Below are positions 51,712-62,502 of a stretch of 64,000 nt of DNA, in pieces; position 1 is the first letter of the stretch; the number at the start of each line of letters is the position of its first letter. The notes below the pieces were generated by a model that made no database searches, was not told where the DNA came from, and saw only the letters and a list, made by a program, of their open reading frames with translations. A program made the position numbers and the translations under genes. The stretch lies in the NCBI GenBank assembly GCA_963710605.1, contig CAVQBA010000006.1:768001-832000 (forward strand), read 5' to 3'. This DNA comes from an uncultured cyanobacterium (GTDB lineage: Bacteria > Cyanobacteriota > Cyanobacteriia > Cyanobacteriales > Cyanobacteriaceae).

Positions 51712-54700
51712 ATGCCTTCAAATTTTGACTTTCTTCAAGCAGACTTTAATCAAATCTTCGCTCATGCTGTTCAAGCAGAAAACCTGATTTATACCGCTCC
51801 TCGTGCTAGTTGCTTCTATACTCGTTACACTTTAGAACAAGCAGTAATTTGGCTTTACGACAACGATCCTTATTTGAACCTACCCTACGATACCAATTTA
51901 GGAGCATTAATCTACGAACAAACCTTCAAAGATAATCTTAGTCCTCATCTTTTTCCCAAAATTCTTATTATTCTCAAAACAGGGAATATAGCAGTTCATG
52001 ATTCAGTAAAAATTAGCGAAAAAGACTCTCTTCACCTCGTAAAAGAACTATTTCACTTTCTTTATTGGCTGTGTGGTTGTTATTCTCCTAATGGTCGTAA
52101 TTTACCTAATTTAAAGTTTGACTCCAACCTCCTCACTAAACCAGAAGAAACAGGCAAAGAAGAATTAACCCTCGTCCAACTCCAAAACCTTGAAAGCAAA
52201 CTCTCTCAGGCTGAAGAAATGAAGAGAATTGCTGAGCAAAGGCAACAAAAGACAGAGGCAGAATTAGCCCGACTCAAAGCAGAAATAGACAAACTAAAAC
52301 AAGCCAATACTGCCGTAAAAGATGACCACGATTGGAAGGAAGCCCAAACCCGTCAATATTTAATCGATGTCTTACTCAAGGAAATGGGTTGGGATTTAAC
52401 TCAACCTAACACCATAGAATATAAAGTCAGAAATATGCCTAAATCTGTTAATCCAACAGGTAAAGGGGCGATCGATTATGTCTTGTGGGATGATAATGGT
52501 TTACCCTTAGCGGTTATTGAAGCCAAACGAACCCGTATAGATGCCAATGCAGGTAAACAACAAGCCAAATTATACGCTGATTGTTTACAACAAGAATTTA
52601 AGCAACGTCCTCTAATCTTTTACAGCAACGGCTATCAAACCTATTTTTGGGATGACCTTAATTATCCTCCTCGCTTAATAGAAGGCTTTTTGCGTAAAGA
52701 TGAATTACAAAGAATTATCTTTCGTCGCACTCAACGCAAATCCCTCAATTTAGTTCAACCCGATCGAGACATCGCAGGAAGAAGCTATCAAACCGAAGCG
52801 ATTAAACGAGTAACAGAAACCTTGTCCCCCCCTTTGGAAGGGGAGGGGCTGTCATCTGAATTTACTTCAGATGCTTGTAAGCCCCGTGGGTTAGGGGGGA
52901 TTAATAACCCTTCCAAACGAGGAAATAATGCTCGTAAAGCCCTGCTGGTAATGGCAACAGGTACAGGTAAAACCAGAACAGCGATCGCCTTGATTGATTT
53001 ATTAATTCGAGCTAATTGGATTAAACGAGTGTTGTTTCTAGCCGATCGAACATCTTTACTAACTCAAGCTAAAAGAGCGATGGTAGCAAACTTACCTAAC
53101 GCTACAGTAGTAGATATTACCAAAGAAAAAGATATTGAAGGAGCGAACATAATCCTCTCTACCTACCCCACCATTATGAACCGTATCAATAATATTATTC
53201 CCCCCTCACAAACTGGGGTTAGGGGAGATTCGCAAAATCGTCTTTTTGGTGTCGGTTATTTTGACCTTATAATAGTGGATGAAGCTCACCGTAGTATCTA
53301 TAAAAAGTATCAAGCGATATTCAGCTATTTTGATGCTTTGTTAATTGGTTTGACTGCTACTCCTAGAAATGAAATCAATCGAGATACCTACCGTATATTT
53401 GACCTCGAAGCTGGTAATCCTACCTTTGCTTACGAATTAAATGATGCGATCGCTGATGGTTATTTAGTACCTCCTACTGGTCTTGATGTGCCTTTTAAAT
53501 TTCTTCGCCGAGGGGTAAAATATAACGAGCTTAGCCCTGAAGAGCAACAAGAATACGAAGAAAAGTTCTTTGATGAGGAAACAGGGGAAATACCCGAAGA
53601 AATTAACTCAGCCGCTCTTAATCGTTGGTTATTTAATCAAAATACAGTCGATCGAGCTTTAAAAATCTTGATGGAATGGGGTTTAAAAATTGATGGAGGC
53701 GATCGTCTCGGTAAAACTATTATTTTTGCTCGTAACCACAAACACGCTGAATTTATTGTCGAAAGATTCGATTCTAATTACCCTCATTATAAAGGTGCAT
53801 TTGCCCGTATCATTGATAGTCACGATCGTTATGCCCAAACCATCCTTGATGAGTTTTCAAACCTAGCTAAAGAGCCGACTATCGCCGTTTCTGTAGATAT
53901 GTTAGATACGGGTGTAGATGTACCAGAAGTGCTAAATTTAGTCTTTTTTAAACCAGTCTATTCAGAAGTTAAATTTAACCAAATGATTGGTAGGGGAACA
54001 CGTTTATGCTCTGATTTATTTGGAGTCGGTAGGGATAAAGCCGAATTTTTAATACTTGACTTATGCGACAACTTTGCTTATTTTGAGCAGGAAATCCCAG
54101 AAAAAGAGAGCAAACAAGCAGAAACTCTCAATACTCGTTTGTTAAAAGCCAAATTAGAATTACAAGAATCTTTAACAGAATTCAATCGACAAAAACGATC
54201 GCAAAATCCAAACACTCTTTACCAGTCTAAAACTAAAGACTATTCTCTCAAAGAACCACAACAAAATCCCTATTCTGTAAATAAAGAAGATAGTTTAAGC
54301 AAACAACTATTAGATGAATTACATCAACACGTTGCGAGTATGGAAGAAAATAACTTTTTAGTCCGCAAACATCTGCAACAAGTAGAAACTTTTAACGATC
54401 GAAATAAATGGAATAATTTAACCTCTAAAGATAAAGGGATTATTATCAATACTTTAATTCCTCTACCTGATAGCCTACCTCGTGAAAATCCTCGCATCAA
54501 AAACTTCGATTTGCTTTGTTTTAAGGTACAGTTAGCTATCCTCAAAAATACCTCAGACTACGAAAAATTAAGAGACAAAATAAGAGACTTATTGACTCGG
54601 CTAGAAGATAAAAAAACTATACCCGCAGTCAAAGAGAAATTGACTTTAATTGAAGCAGTACAACAAGAAGACTGGTGGCAAGATATAACTCCTTATATGT

Positions 54701-55326
54701 TAGAGGAAGCGAGAAAAAATCTGCGAGAATTAATGGTTTTTATTGAAAAACAAGAAGAAGCGATTATTTACACTGATTTTCAAGATAGGTTAGGAGAATT
54801 AGAAGAAGTTAATGTACCAACTCACCAAACAGGATTCAGCCCTTATCAATACCGTAAGAAAGTAGAAGCCTATATCCAAGCTAATCAAAACCATGTAGCG
54901 ATCGCTAAACTAAAAAGAAATATACCTTTAACTGAAAGTGATTTAACTGCTCTTGAACAAATGTTATTTACTAGCCAAGAGATTGAAACTAAAGACAAAT
55001 TTGAAGCAGTTTATGGTGAAGATATTAGCTTAAAAAGTTTTATCCGTCAATTAGTAGGACTCGATCGTAATTCAGCTAAAGAAGCCTTTGCCACTTATCT
55101 ACAAGACACTAACTTGACAGCTAACCAAACTCGTTTCATTGAGCAAATTATTGATTGGTTAACTCAGCATGGTGTGATGAATCCTTATCTTCTTTATGAA
55201 GCACCCTTTACGGATATTCATATGGAGGGAGTTGATGGAGTATTTAACGATGATGATGCGGATAATATAATTGCGATCGTTCGTTCTTTTAATGATAGTG
55301 TAGAAGTCACGTTTGACTCGGCTTAA
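51712..55326 (+). CDS. hsdR: Type I restriction subunit R (second system) with in-frame repeat insertions
   Basis: [34 protein letters not shown]. Confidence 0.95.
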   Translation: MPSNFDFLQADFNQIFAHAVQAENLIYTAPRASCFYTRYTLEQAVIWLYDNDPYLNLPYDTNLGALIYEQTFKDNLSPHLFPKILIILKTGNIAVHDSVKISEKDSLHLVKELFHFLYWLCGCYSPNGRNLPNLKFDSNLLTKPEETGKEELTLVQLQNLESKLSQAEEMKRIAEQRQQKTEAELARLKAEIDKLKQANTAVKDDHDWKEAQTRQYLIDVLLKEMGWDLTQPNTIEYKVRNMPKSVNPTGKGAIDYVLWDDNGLPLAVIEAKRTRIDANAGKQQAKLYADCLQQEFKQRPLIFYSNGYQTYFWDDLNYPPRLIEGFLRKDELQRIIFRRTQRKSLNLVQPDRDIAGRSYQTEAIKRVTETLSPPLEGEGLSSEFTSDACKPRGLGGINNPSKRGNNARKALLVMATGTGKTRTAIALIDLLIRANWIKRVLFLADRTSLLTQAKRAMVANLPNATVVDITKEKDIEGANIILSTYPTIMNRINNIIPPSQTGVRGDSQNRLFGVGYFDLIIVDEAHRSIYKKYQAIFSYFDALLIGLTATPRNEINRDTYRIFDLEAGNPTFAYELNDAIADGYLVPPTGLDVPFKFLRRGVKYNELSPEEQQEYEEKFFDEETGEIPEEINSAALNRWLFNQNTVDRALKILMEWGLKIDGGDRLGKTIIFARNHKHAEFIVERFDSNYPHYKGAFARIIDSHDRYAQTILDEFSNLAKEPTIAVSVDMLDTGVDVPEVLNLVFFKPVYSEVKFNQMIGRGTRLCSDLFGVGRDKAEFLILDLCDNFAYFEQEIPEKESKQAETLNTRLLKAKLELQESLTEFNRQKRSQNPNTLYQSKTKDYSLKEPQQNPYSVNKEDSLSKQLLDELHQHVASMEENNFLVRKHLQQVETFNDRNKWNNLTSKDKGIIINTLIPLPDSLPRENPRIKNFDLLCFKVQLAILKNTSDYEKLRDKIRDLLTRLEDKKTIPAVKEKLTLIEAVQQEDWWQDITPYMLEEARKNLRELMVFIEKQEEAIIYTDFQDRLGELEEVNVPTHQTGFSPYQYRKKVEAYIQANQNHVAIAKLKRNIPLTESDLTALEQMLFTSQEIETKDKFEAVYGEDISLKSFIRQLVGLDRNSAKEAFATYLQDTNLTANQTRFIEQIIDWLTQHGVMNPYLLYEAPFTDIHMEGVDGVFNDDDADNIIAIVRSFNDSVEVTFDSA

Positions 55327-55350
55327 ATAGAATTATTTGGGTGCAAGCCT

Positions 55351-55412
55351 GTCTTGGTGGACGTTCGGTGTCTTGGTCAGCGTTCCCTTTCGTCTTACGC
55401 TCCTGAGCGGGT
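55351..55412 (-). mobile_element. Partial nested AAGAC-family elements inside a half REP
   Basis: Minus strand reads GGGAACGCTGACCAAGAC-ACCGAACGTCCACCAAGAC. Confidence 0.7.
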
Positions 55413-55452
55413 TATGATTAATCGTAATCTATTGATTTGAAACAACTATAAA

Positions 55453-55677
55453 TTAAGATAATAGTTCAACAAACTCATCAACACTTAAATTAGCCTGTCT
55501 AATAATTGCTCTAAGTGTTCCTCTATCTAACTCTTTATGGTTAGGAACACTAATTCGACTTTTAGGGTTTTTTCTGACTAAAATAATATGACTTCCTTTT
55601 TGGGAATTAATAATAAAATCAATTTTTTCTAATGCCTTAACACATTTTTTTCCAGAAATCACAGGTAATGGAGGCAT
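55453..55677 (-). CDS. hicA: HicA toxin
   Basis: QKGSHIIL..SVPNHKELDRGTLRAIIRQA. Confidence 0.9.
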   Translation of the reverse strand: MPPLPVISGKKCVKALEKIDFIINSQKGSHIILVRKNPKSRISVPNHKELDRGTLRAIIRQANLSVDEFVELLS

Positions 55678-55679
55678 AA

Positions 55680-55904
55680 CTAAATTTTGATGACCTCATA
55701 ACAATCTTCAGGGATTGATTCTCCATCTTCAATCAAAGATTCAATATAAAGCTCGATCGCTTCCTCTATATTCGATAACGCTTCTTCACGAGTTTTTCCT
55801 TGACTGATACAACCTGGTAAACTAGGAACTTCAACTACATAATAACCATCTTCACCTAATGACAAAAGAATTGTTCGATTAATTTTGGAGGGTGTTTGCA
55901 ACAT
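55680..55904 (-). CDS. hicB: HicB antitoxin
   Basis: EDGYYVVEVPSLPGCISQGKTREEAL. Confidence 0.9.
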   Translation of the reverse strand: MLQTPSKINRTILLSLGEDGYYVVEVPSLPGCISQGKTREEALSNIEEAIELYIESLIEDGESIPEDCYEVIKI

Positions 55905-56145
55905 CTAATTTAAACAAAATTTGTCAGCATAAACTTTATTTACTAATTATAACCTCTGAATCCAACAGTAATAAAAAAGACGATCGATCGTACTCATTTT
56001 ATGGGGAATTATTTGGGTGCAAACCTTGCACCCCTACAGCCAATTGTTAATCGGTATTACTTAATTGACTGATTTTATTTGATCGATCGACAATCAAAAA
56101 AAGTTTGTGTCATCATAAAAATAAACAGTAAAATTCACTACCATC

Positions 56146-57027
56146 ATGGCAAAAATAGCTGAAAAAAGAGTAGAAAATATCGAAGGTGATTTTTTCGTCG
56201 ATCGCAGTTGTATTGATTGCGATACCTGTCGTTGGATGGCACCTAATATTTTCAGTCGTATTGAAAGTCAATCGGCTGTTTTTCATCAACCTACTACCAC
56301 AGAAGAAAGAAAAAAAGCCTTACAAGCATTATTAGCCTGCCCAACATCTTCAATTGGTACGATCGAAAAACCCAAAGATATTCGTCAAGTACAACAACAA
56401 TTTCCCTTAAAGATTGCTGATAATGTTTATCATTGTGGTTATCATTCTGAAAAATCTTTTGGTGCGGCTAGTTATTTTATTCAACGCCCTGAGGGTAATA
56501 TTTTAATTGATTCTCCTCGTTACAATCCTCCTTTGGTTAAACAGTTAGAAAAAATGGGCGGGGTAAAATATCTTTATCTTACTCACAAAGATGATGTGGC
56601 AGATCATCAATTATTTCACGATCGATTTGGTTGCGATCGTATTTTACACGAAACTGAAATTCAACCTCATACCCAAAATGTTGAAATCAAATTAACTATT
56701 ACCGAACCTTGGCAGTTAGCCGATGACTTATTAATTATCCCCGTACCCGGACATACTAAAGGGCAGACTGTTTTACTATACAAAAACAAATTTCTGTTTA
56801 CAGGCGATCATATAGCATGGTCTGATTATCGTCAAAAACTAGTTGGTTTCCGTAACTTTTGTTGGTATTCATGGTCAGAATTAGTTAAATCCACCAAAGA
56901 ATTAACTCAATATGATTTTGAATGGGTTTTACCCGGACATGGCAGACGTTATCATGCTGATAGTAAAGAGCAAATGCAAGCTGAATTAAACAAAGGTATT
57001 GAATGGATGTCTTCAATTGATAATTGA
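56146..57027 (+). CDS. MBL-fold hydrolase with N-terminal ferredoxin-like domain
   Basis: CIDCDTC..CP; LTHKDDVADH, PGHT, TGDH, PGHG. Confidence 0.9.
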   Translation: MAKIAEKRVENIEGDFFVDRSCIDCDTCRWMAPNIFSRIESQSAVFHQPTTTEERKKALQALLACPTSSIGTIEKPKDIRQVQQQFPLKIADNVYHCGYHSEKSFGAASYFIQRPEGNILIDSPRYNPPLVKQLEKMGGVKYLYLTHKDDVADHQLFHDRFGCDRILHETEIQPHTQNVEIKLTITEPWQLADDLLIIPVPGHTKGQTVLLYKNKFLFTGDHIAWSDYRQKLVGFRNFCWYSWSELVKSTKELTQYDFEWVLPGHGRRYHADSKEQMQAELNKGIEWMSSIDN

Positions 57028-57323
57028 TAATTGATAATTGACAATTAAGAACTAATTTTAATCGATCGTTTCTAATAAAAATGACTGTAAATAATTAAGA
57101 ATTAGCTACCAAAATAGAGAGTTTAATTTATTAAACGTATTTTATTAGCCATGAATAACAATTCATGGTGGATGTTTTTTAACTCTTAACTTTTAACTTT
57201 TAACTTTTAACTGTTAAGGCTATTCACTATTAAAATTGTCACTATGATTGGTCGATCGTGAAGCAAATCGAATTAAGCTAGATATAGACAGCAATAATTT
57301 TTCTATCTTTAACTAAATCGACA

Positions 57324-58073
57324 ATGACCAAAACTACGATCGATAACGAAACCAAAGAATCTGAAGTTCAAATAAAATCAGAAGTAGCACCGTGGATGAC
57401 GAAATTAGCTTATCCTCTGGCTGGTAAGATTATTTTTCCTTGGTTTTTTAAGCAACTACAAATTACAGGACAAGAAAATGTACCCAAAACAGGAGCGGTG
57501 ATTGTGACTCCGACACATCGTTCTCGCTGGGATGCTTTGGTTGTACCTTACGCTACAGGAAGAAAGACTAGTGGTAGAGATCCTCATTTTATGGTATCTG
57601 CTAACGAAATGACTGGTATTCAAGGCTGGTTTGTACGTCGTTTTGGTGGTTTTCCTGTCGATACCGAGCATCCGGGATTAGATAGTTTACGTCATAGTAT
57701 AGAGTTACTTTCTCAAGATATGATGGTGGTTATTTTTCCTGAGGGTAATATCTTTCGTACTGATGAGGTTAATCCTTTAAAAAGAGGTGTAGCCAAAATT
57801 GCCTTGGAAGTTGAAGAAAAAAACCCTGAAGTAGAAATTAAAATATTACCTGTAAGTATCAAATATAGTGAACCTATACCAAGTCGTGGTAGTAGTATTA
57901 GTGTAAAAATTGGTAGTTGTTTAACCATTAAAGATTATGAGCAAAATGAATTTTCTGCTCGTAAAAATAGTATTCTTTTGACTAGTGATTTACAAACCTC
58001 ATTACAACAACTTCATGACCAAAATAACGCTTTTTCGATCGAAGACAAAGTAGTAACGAGGAAGGATGAATAA
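57324..58073 (+). CDS. Lysophospholipid acyltransferase (PlsC family)
   Basis: HRSRWD (HX4D), FPEG. Confidence 0.9.
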   Translation: MTKTTIDNETKESEVQIKSEVAPWMTKLAYPLAGKIIFPWFFKQLQITGQENVPKTGAVIVTPTHRSRWDALVVPYATGRKTSGRDPHFMVSANEMTGIQGWFVRRFGGFPVDTEHPGLDSLRHSIELLSQDMMVVIFPEGNIFRTDEVNPLKRGVAKIALEVEEKNPEVEIKILPVSIKYSEPIPSRGSSISVKIGSCLTIKDYEQNEFSARKNSILLTSDLQTSLQQLHDQNNAFSIEDKVVTRKDE

Positions 58074-58128
58074 GAATTAATAATTAATAATTAATGATTA
58101 ATAATTAATTATTGTAACTTCTTCTTTT

Positions 58129-58186
58129 TTACTTATTACTTATTACTTATTACTTATTACTTATTACTTATTACTTATTACTTATT
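58129..58186. repeat. Heptamer tandem repeat (TTACTTA)n
   Basis: About 8 units; other heptamer arrays near 17006, 18879, 24720, 24761, 27000, 57015, 57180. Confidence 0.9.
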
Positions 58187-59420
58187 GGTGTGGTATAGAG
58201 ACAGTAAAACAACTACCTTGGTTTGGTACAGAGGTTAAAATAGAATCACCTCCATGGAGTCTGGTTAATTCACGAGAGATAACTAATCCTAATCCTGTCC
58301 CTTTATGCTTACGGTGTAAAGGGGTATTTAATTGAGAAAAAGGTTGAAAGAGTTTCTTTTGAGACTGCTCATCAATACCAATTCCTGTATCGATTACTTT
58401 AAATAATGTATAGTCATTGTCTTGGCTTACTTCTAAAGTAACTACTCCTTCTTCGGTAAATTTGACAGCGTTAGATAATAAATTTACTAATACTTGTTTG
58501 AGGCGACGAGAATCAACTAGACAATACTCAATATCTGGCTCAATTACTAAATTTAGAGCTAATTCTTGCTCTTGTGCTTTTGTTTTAACTAATGCTAATG
58601 CTGATTCGCATAATTCTTTAACTAAAGTTTTTTCTTTGAGTAATTCTTCTTTTTGAGCTTGAATTTTAGAAACATCTAATAAATCACTAACTAATTCTAG
58701 TAAATAAGTTCCTGATTGATAAATAGCATCTACGTATTGAGCTTGTTTAATATTTAATTCACCGTAAAGTCTTTGTTGTAACATTTTAGCAAACCCTGTC
58801 ACTGCGGCGATCGGTGTTCTTAACTCATGATTCATATGAGAAAGATAAACGCTTTGTTGTTCTTTTGATTCAATTAATTTTTCAGCTTCTATAATTAATT
58901 CATGTTCTTGTTTTTCAAGTTGTTTATGATAGCAATAGATAGCTAAATATTTATTGATTAATGTTAATATACTATTTACTTCTTTTTCGGGATATTTGAA
59001 TCTTTGGATTTCAATAAATACATTTGCTAGAGATTTATTTTTGAATGTTAACCCGCAAAGATATAAACAGTCTATTTCTTCATTAACTAACCATTTATCA
59101 TAAACAGTCTGAGCAAAGTAGTTAATGTTGTCTTTTACATAAATATATCCTTGATTAATTGAAATATATTTTTGCGTAATTAGTTGAATAACCTCAGAGT
59201 AATCGATCGCTGAATACAGATGTTGAAGATTGTGTTGATAAATTAAATTAACATTCTGTGATTGCTCTTCATAAATAATAAAATTTTTAATTTCGATATA
59301 ATCAGATAAAACACGACAACAATTGCGACAAAAATCTTCTATTTGCTCACAGTTTTCTAATGAATCAAGCAAATATTCATTTATTTTTAGATTATTATTC
59401 GGTACGTTTAGCACTTTCAT
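58182..59420 (-). CDS. Sensor histidine kinase
   Basis: H-box HELRTP, N-box NLLSNAVKF, DTGIG, GTGLGL. Confidence 0.93.
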   Translation of the reverse strand: MKVLNVPNNNLKINEYLLDSLENCEQIEDFCRNCCRVLSDYIEIKNFIIYEEQSQNVNLIYQHNLQHLYSAIDYSEVIQLITQKYISINQGYIYVKDNINYFAQTVYDKWLVNEEIDCLYLCGLTFKNKSLANVFIEIQRFKYPEKEVNSILTLINKYLAIYCYHKQLEKQEHELIIEAEKLIESKEQQSVYLSHMNHELRTPIAAVTGFAKMLQQRLYGELNIKQAQYVDAIYQSGTYLLELVSDLLDVSKIQAQKEELLKEKTLVKELCESALALVKTKAQEQELALNLVIEPDIEYCLVDSRRLKQVLVNLLSNAVKFTEEGVVTLEVSQDNDYTLFKVIDTGIGIDEQSQKKLFQPFSQLNTPLHRKHKGTGLGLVISRELTRLHGGDSILTSVPNQGSCFTVSIPHQ

Positions 59421-59467
59421 TTCAATGAGGATGAGATATTTTTTAATAATTTATTAACTAAAAATTA

Positions 59468-60241
59468 CTAAAACTGTCTTCGACAAAAGATGTTAGTAGT
59501 AATAGTTAGAAGTAACACTGTATATAAAATGGTGTAAATTAAACCATTAACTAGCTCACCTGTACTGGGTAATATATTATAAACTGCTTCATTTTTTAAA
59601 TTAAGTCTTTGTAAATCTGGCAGGACAAGGAATATAGTTTGAGTTATTTTTTCAACTGTTGGATTCTCTGTAATTTTACCTAATTCTAGCAGGTCTCTAC
59701 TTAAGTGACCCATTAAATAGACACCAAAACTAAGCAATGTTGCCAAAATAGAACTCGTGAAGACACCAAAAGCCATGGCTACAGCGGTAAGTAACATTAA
59801 TTCTAGTAAAATGTAAGCGATCGCAATTGACAAACTAATTAAAGGATAATCAATCTGTAACAAACTCATCATAGCAAAGTAAATGATAGTCATTGTGACA
59901 ACTAATACAGTTAGCACGGCTGATAAACCTAAATGCTTACCCACAATAAATTCGGTAGAAGTAATGGGTTTAGGTACTAATATCAAAACAGTTTTTTTCT
60001 CTACTTCTTTATTAATTAATCCTGTACCCACGAAAATAGCAACTATCACACCTAAAAGATTAATCCCGGCTATTCCTAAATCTAAAAATATCTTTTCGTC
60101 TGTACCTACTGCAATAGAAGGTAGAATCCATGAAGCTAAAAGTAATAATAAAACGAAAAAACCAATTACATACAGTACACGATCTCTAATTATTTCCCGA
60201 AAACCATTTACAGCTATGGTTTTGATACAACTAATATTCAT
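59468..60241 (-). CDS. ABC transporter permease
   Basis: FREIIRDR, KEVEKKT, GKHLG; six TM segments. Confidence 0.85.
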   Translation of the reverse strand: MNISCIKTIAVNGFREIIRDRVLYVIGFFVLLLLLASWILPSIAVGTDEKIFLDLGIAGINLLGVIVAIFVGTGLINKEVEKKTVLILVPKPITSTEFIVGKHLGLSAVLTVLVVTMTIIYFAMMSLLQIDYPLISLSIAIAYILLELMLLTAVAMAFGVFTSSILATLLSFGVYLMGHLSRDLLELGKITENPTVEKITQTIFLVLPDLQRLNLKNEAVYNILPSTGELVNGLIYTILYTVLLLTITTNIFCRRQF

Positions 60242-60709
60242 CTTTATTTTTGTTTTTGAGATATCTAAATATTATTCCACCAAAGAATTGACTAAATAGT
60301 ATCAATACATGATTATCGTTTCTAGTATTGTAACCTTTGAAAATAAATAATATTCAAACATTAATTGATCTTACATTAACGATCGTGTTTCTCAAAAGAT
60401 TAGTTTTTAACAATTAATCCCACACATAATATATCAAAAAAATAACCGCTATTAAACACCCACAACAATTTTAACTCCACAAAATACTAATTCATTATTA
60501 AGTTATAACTGGCTTTGTTTTGTCTTACTGTTATTATTTCTTTTTCTCACTTTACTTGCCACTATAGAAATCTCTACTACTTTGTTTGTTTTCTACTACT
60601 TCATTTTATTTTAGCAACTACTAATTATATTTAAGAATGTCTGAGATTTTTATGTCCCACGTTAGTTATAAATACTTAAGTGTAAATATTTACGATCGAA
60701 GTAAATCAT

Positions 60710-61681
60710 TTAAGCGGCTAAATGTAATTGCGAAGGCAAAGAAGATATATTGTTCAGCTCTTTTTCAATTAACTGCTCAAAATTATTAACAATCGAAGAA
60801 CAAAGATGATAATACTTTTTAATCCATTGATGATACCATTGAATTTGAAAATCATCTAAATAGTCAGTCGGTAACTGATTATAACTAACTACTGCTTGAC
60901 TATCTATTTGAAAATGACTAATCCACGCACTATCAGGTTTAGCCGACTGTAAATAACTACTAACCAAACTACTACCCAAATATTTTTTACTTAATTTAGC
61001 AATCTGATTAATCAAATCAATTAGTTGTTGAATCTCTATTTGATGAGTTTGACAATAAATCATCCCCATTTCTTCGGGAGAAAATTGACGGCTAAAAAGA
61101 GTTTTCTGGTTAAAAATTGCATGACGCAAATTCGTTTTAGAGATAATAGTTGATGTCAGGCAAGCATCCTTCAAGTTTGCTTCGCTCAAATTAACTTGTG
61201 TCAAATTAACCTTAGTTAAAAAAGCATTTTGCAGATTACATTTTCTCATCTTACTTTCTGATAAATCGGCGTAATTTAATGAGCATTGAGTAAAATCAGC
61301 AAACAATAAATAAGCTTGACGAGCTTTAATCTGATTAAGATGAGCTTGACGAAAACTAGTATTTTTAGCATGAACCTGACTAAGATTAGCATTGTTGAGG
61401 CGACTAAAACTTAAATCACTGTCATCTAAAATAGCATTACTTAAATCTGCACCAGTTAGATTAGTACATTTTAAATTACATTTACTTAAATCTGCACCTG
61501 ATAAATTAGCACCTGATAAATTAGCTAAGCTTAAATTACTATTTTTAAAATCAATGCCTTTTAAATTAATTCTTTGTAAATCAGTTTCTCGCAAATCAAA
61601 CTTTTTAAATTTCCTCTCTCCTGACAAATAAAGTTTTTCTATTTGTTTTTTAGTGTATTTATTCATCTTTGTAATTTCCAA
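60710..61681 (-). CDS. Pentapeptide repeat protein
   Basis: A(N/D)LSx repeats over about 170 aa plus a C-terminal helical domain. Confidence 0.9.
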   Translation of the reverse strand: MEITKMNKYTKKQIEKLYLSGERKFKKFDLRETDLQRINLKGIDFKNSNLSLANLSGANLSGADLSKCNLKCTNLTGADLSNAILDDSDLSFSRLNNANLSQVHAKNTSFRQAHLNQIKARQAYLLFADFTQCSLNYADLSESKMRKCNLQNAFLTKVNLTQVNLSEANLKDACLTSTIISKTNLRHAIFNQKTLFSRQFSPEEMGMIYCQTHQIEIQQLIDLINQIAKLSKKYLGSSLVSSYLQSAKPDSAWISHFQIDSQAVVSYNQLPTDYLDDFQIQWYHQWIKKYYHLCSSIVNNFEQLIEKELNNISSLPSQLHLAA

Positions 61682-62502
61682 AAATAGATACTTTTACTAT
61701 TTTTATTTGATTATTATATAATATAAAATCCAAAAGTGTAGATATTGTGGAGAAATCATTATTTATTATTTAAACTTTATCTTAAGTAATATCTCCTAAC
61801 AATAAATAGTATTTACTCAGAGATCATTTGTTTTTTTCACGAATAAAAACAATAGTTATATTTAACCACAGCCCTTAATTAACAAATGCTTTGGCATTAG
61901 TAAAATTGTTTAGTCTTATCTAAACTAATCTAACGCTTTAAAGCCACAATCGTTATTTGTAATCGCAAAAATATTAATTATTTAACTATTATTTTATATT
62001 TAAATACTAAGATATGATCGAAATAAGCTACATTACTTAAGTATTTTTATTAAAAAATTACAAAGGAAAAATCAACCTAAGTATCATTGACCAAGATTAG
62101 AAATACTAATGCAAACAATCTTTTTTGACTGTGGTACTGTAGTTAAATATAGATAAATTACTTCATAATTAATAGATAACGCAAAGACGAATTCACAGCT
62201 TAGTAATTCAATCGATCGTATTTAAAAAAAACCAGAAGAACTATACGTACCAGAAAAAGTAGAAAAAAATTGAATTAAAGATTTTCTTATTAATAAAATA
62301 AAAACTGATTAACAATTTGCAGAGCTTTGTGTAACTATGTTGTGTCAAGATAAATTAATGGCTAATCACAACTTAATTGAACTTTTCAACCAAAGTGGCA
62401 TAGAGTTATAATCTTAACGATAATTAGTAATTAATAATTATTTAATTTTTAAGATAACCAGATATTACATTTAAATAAGGATTATCCACAATCAGTAGAA
62501 CT

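Noticed and set aside
52810-52930. Intein in HsdR
   Set aside because: Too short, lacks C/S start and HN end motifs, and is explained by REP DNA
59883-60299. 138-aa antisense ORF and the other short shadow ORFs in the track (e.g. 512-745, 18256-18528, 20605-20919, 61392-61631)
   Set aside because: They overlap well-supported genes and show no recognisable motifs
61682-62502. Possible oriC: AT-rich intergenic region with TTATCCACA at 62482-62490 and near matches at 61746 and 61862
   Set aside because: Boxes are few and dispersed, there is no dnaA/dnaN nearby, and such matches are expected by chance in AT-rich DNA
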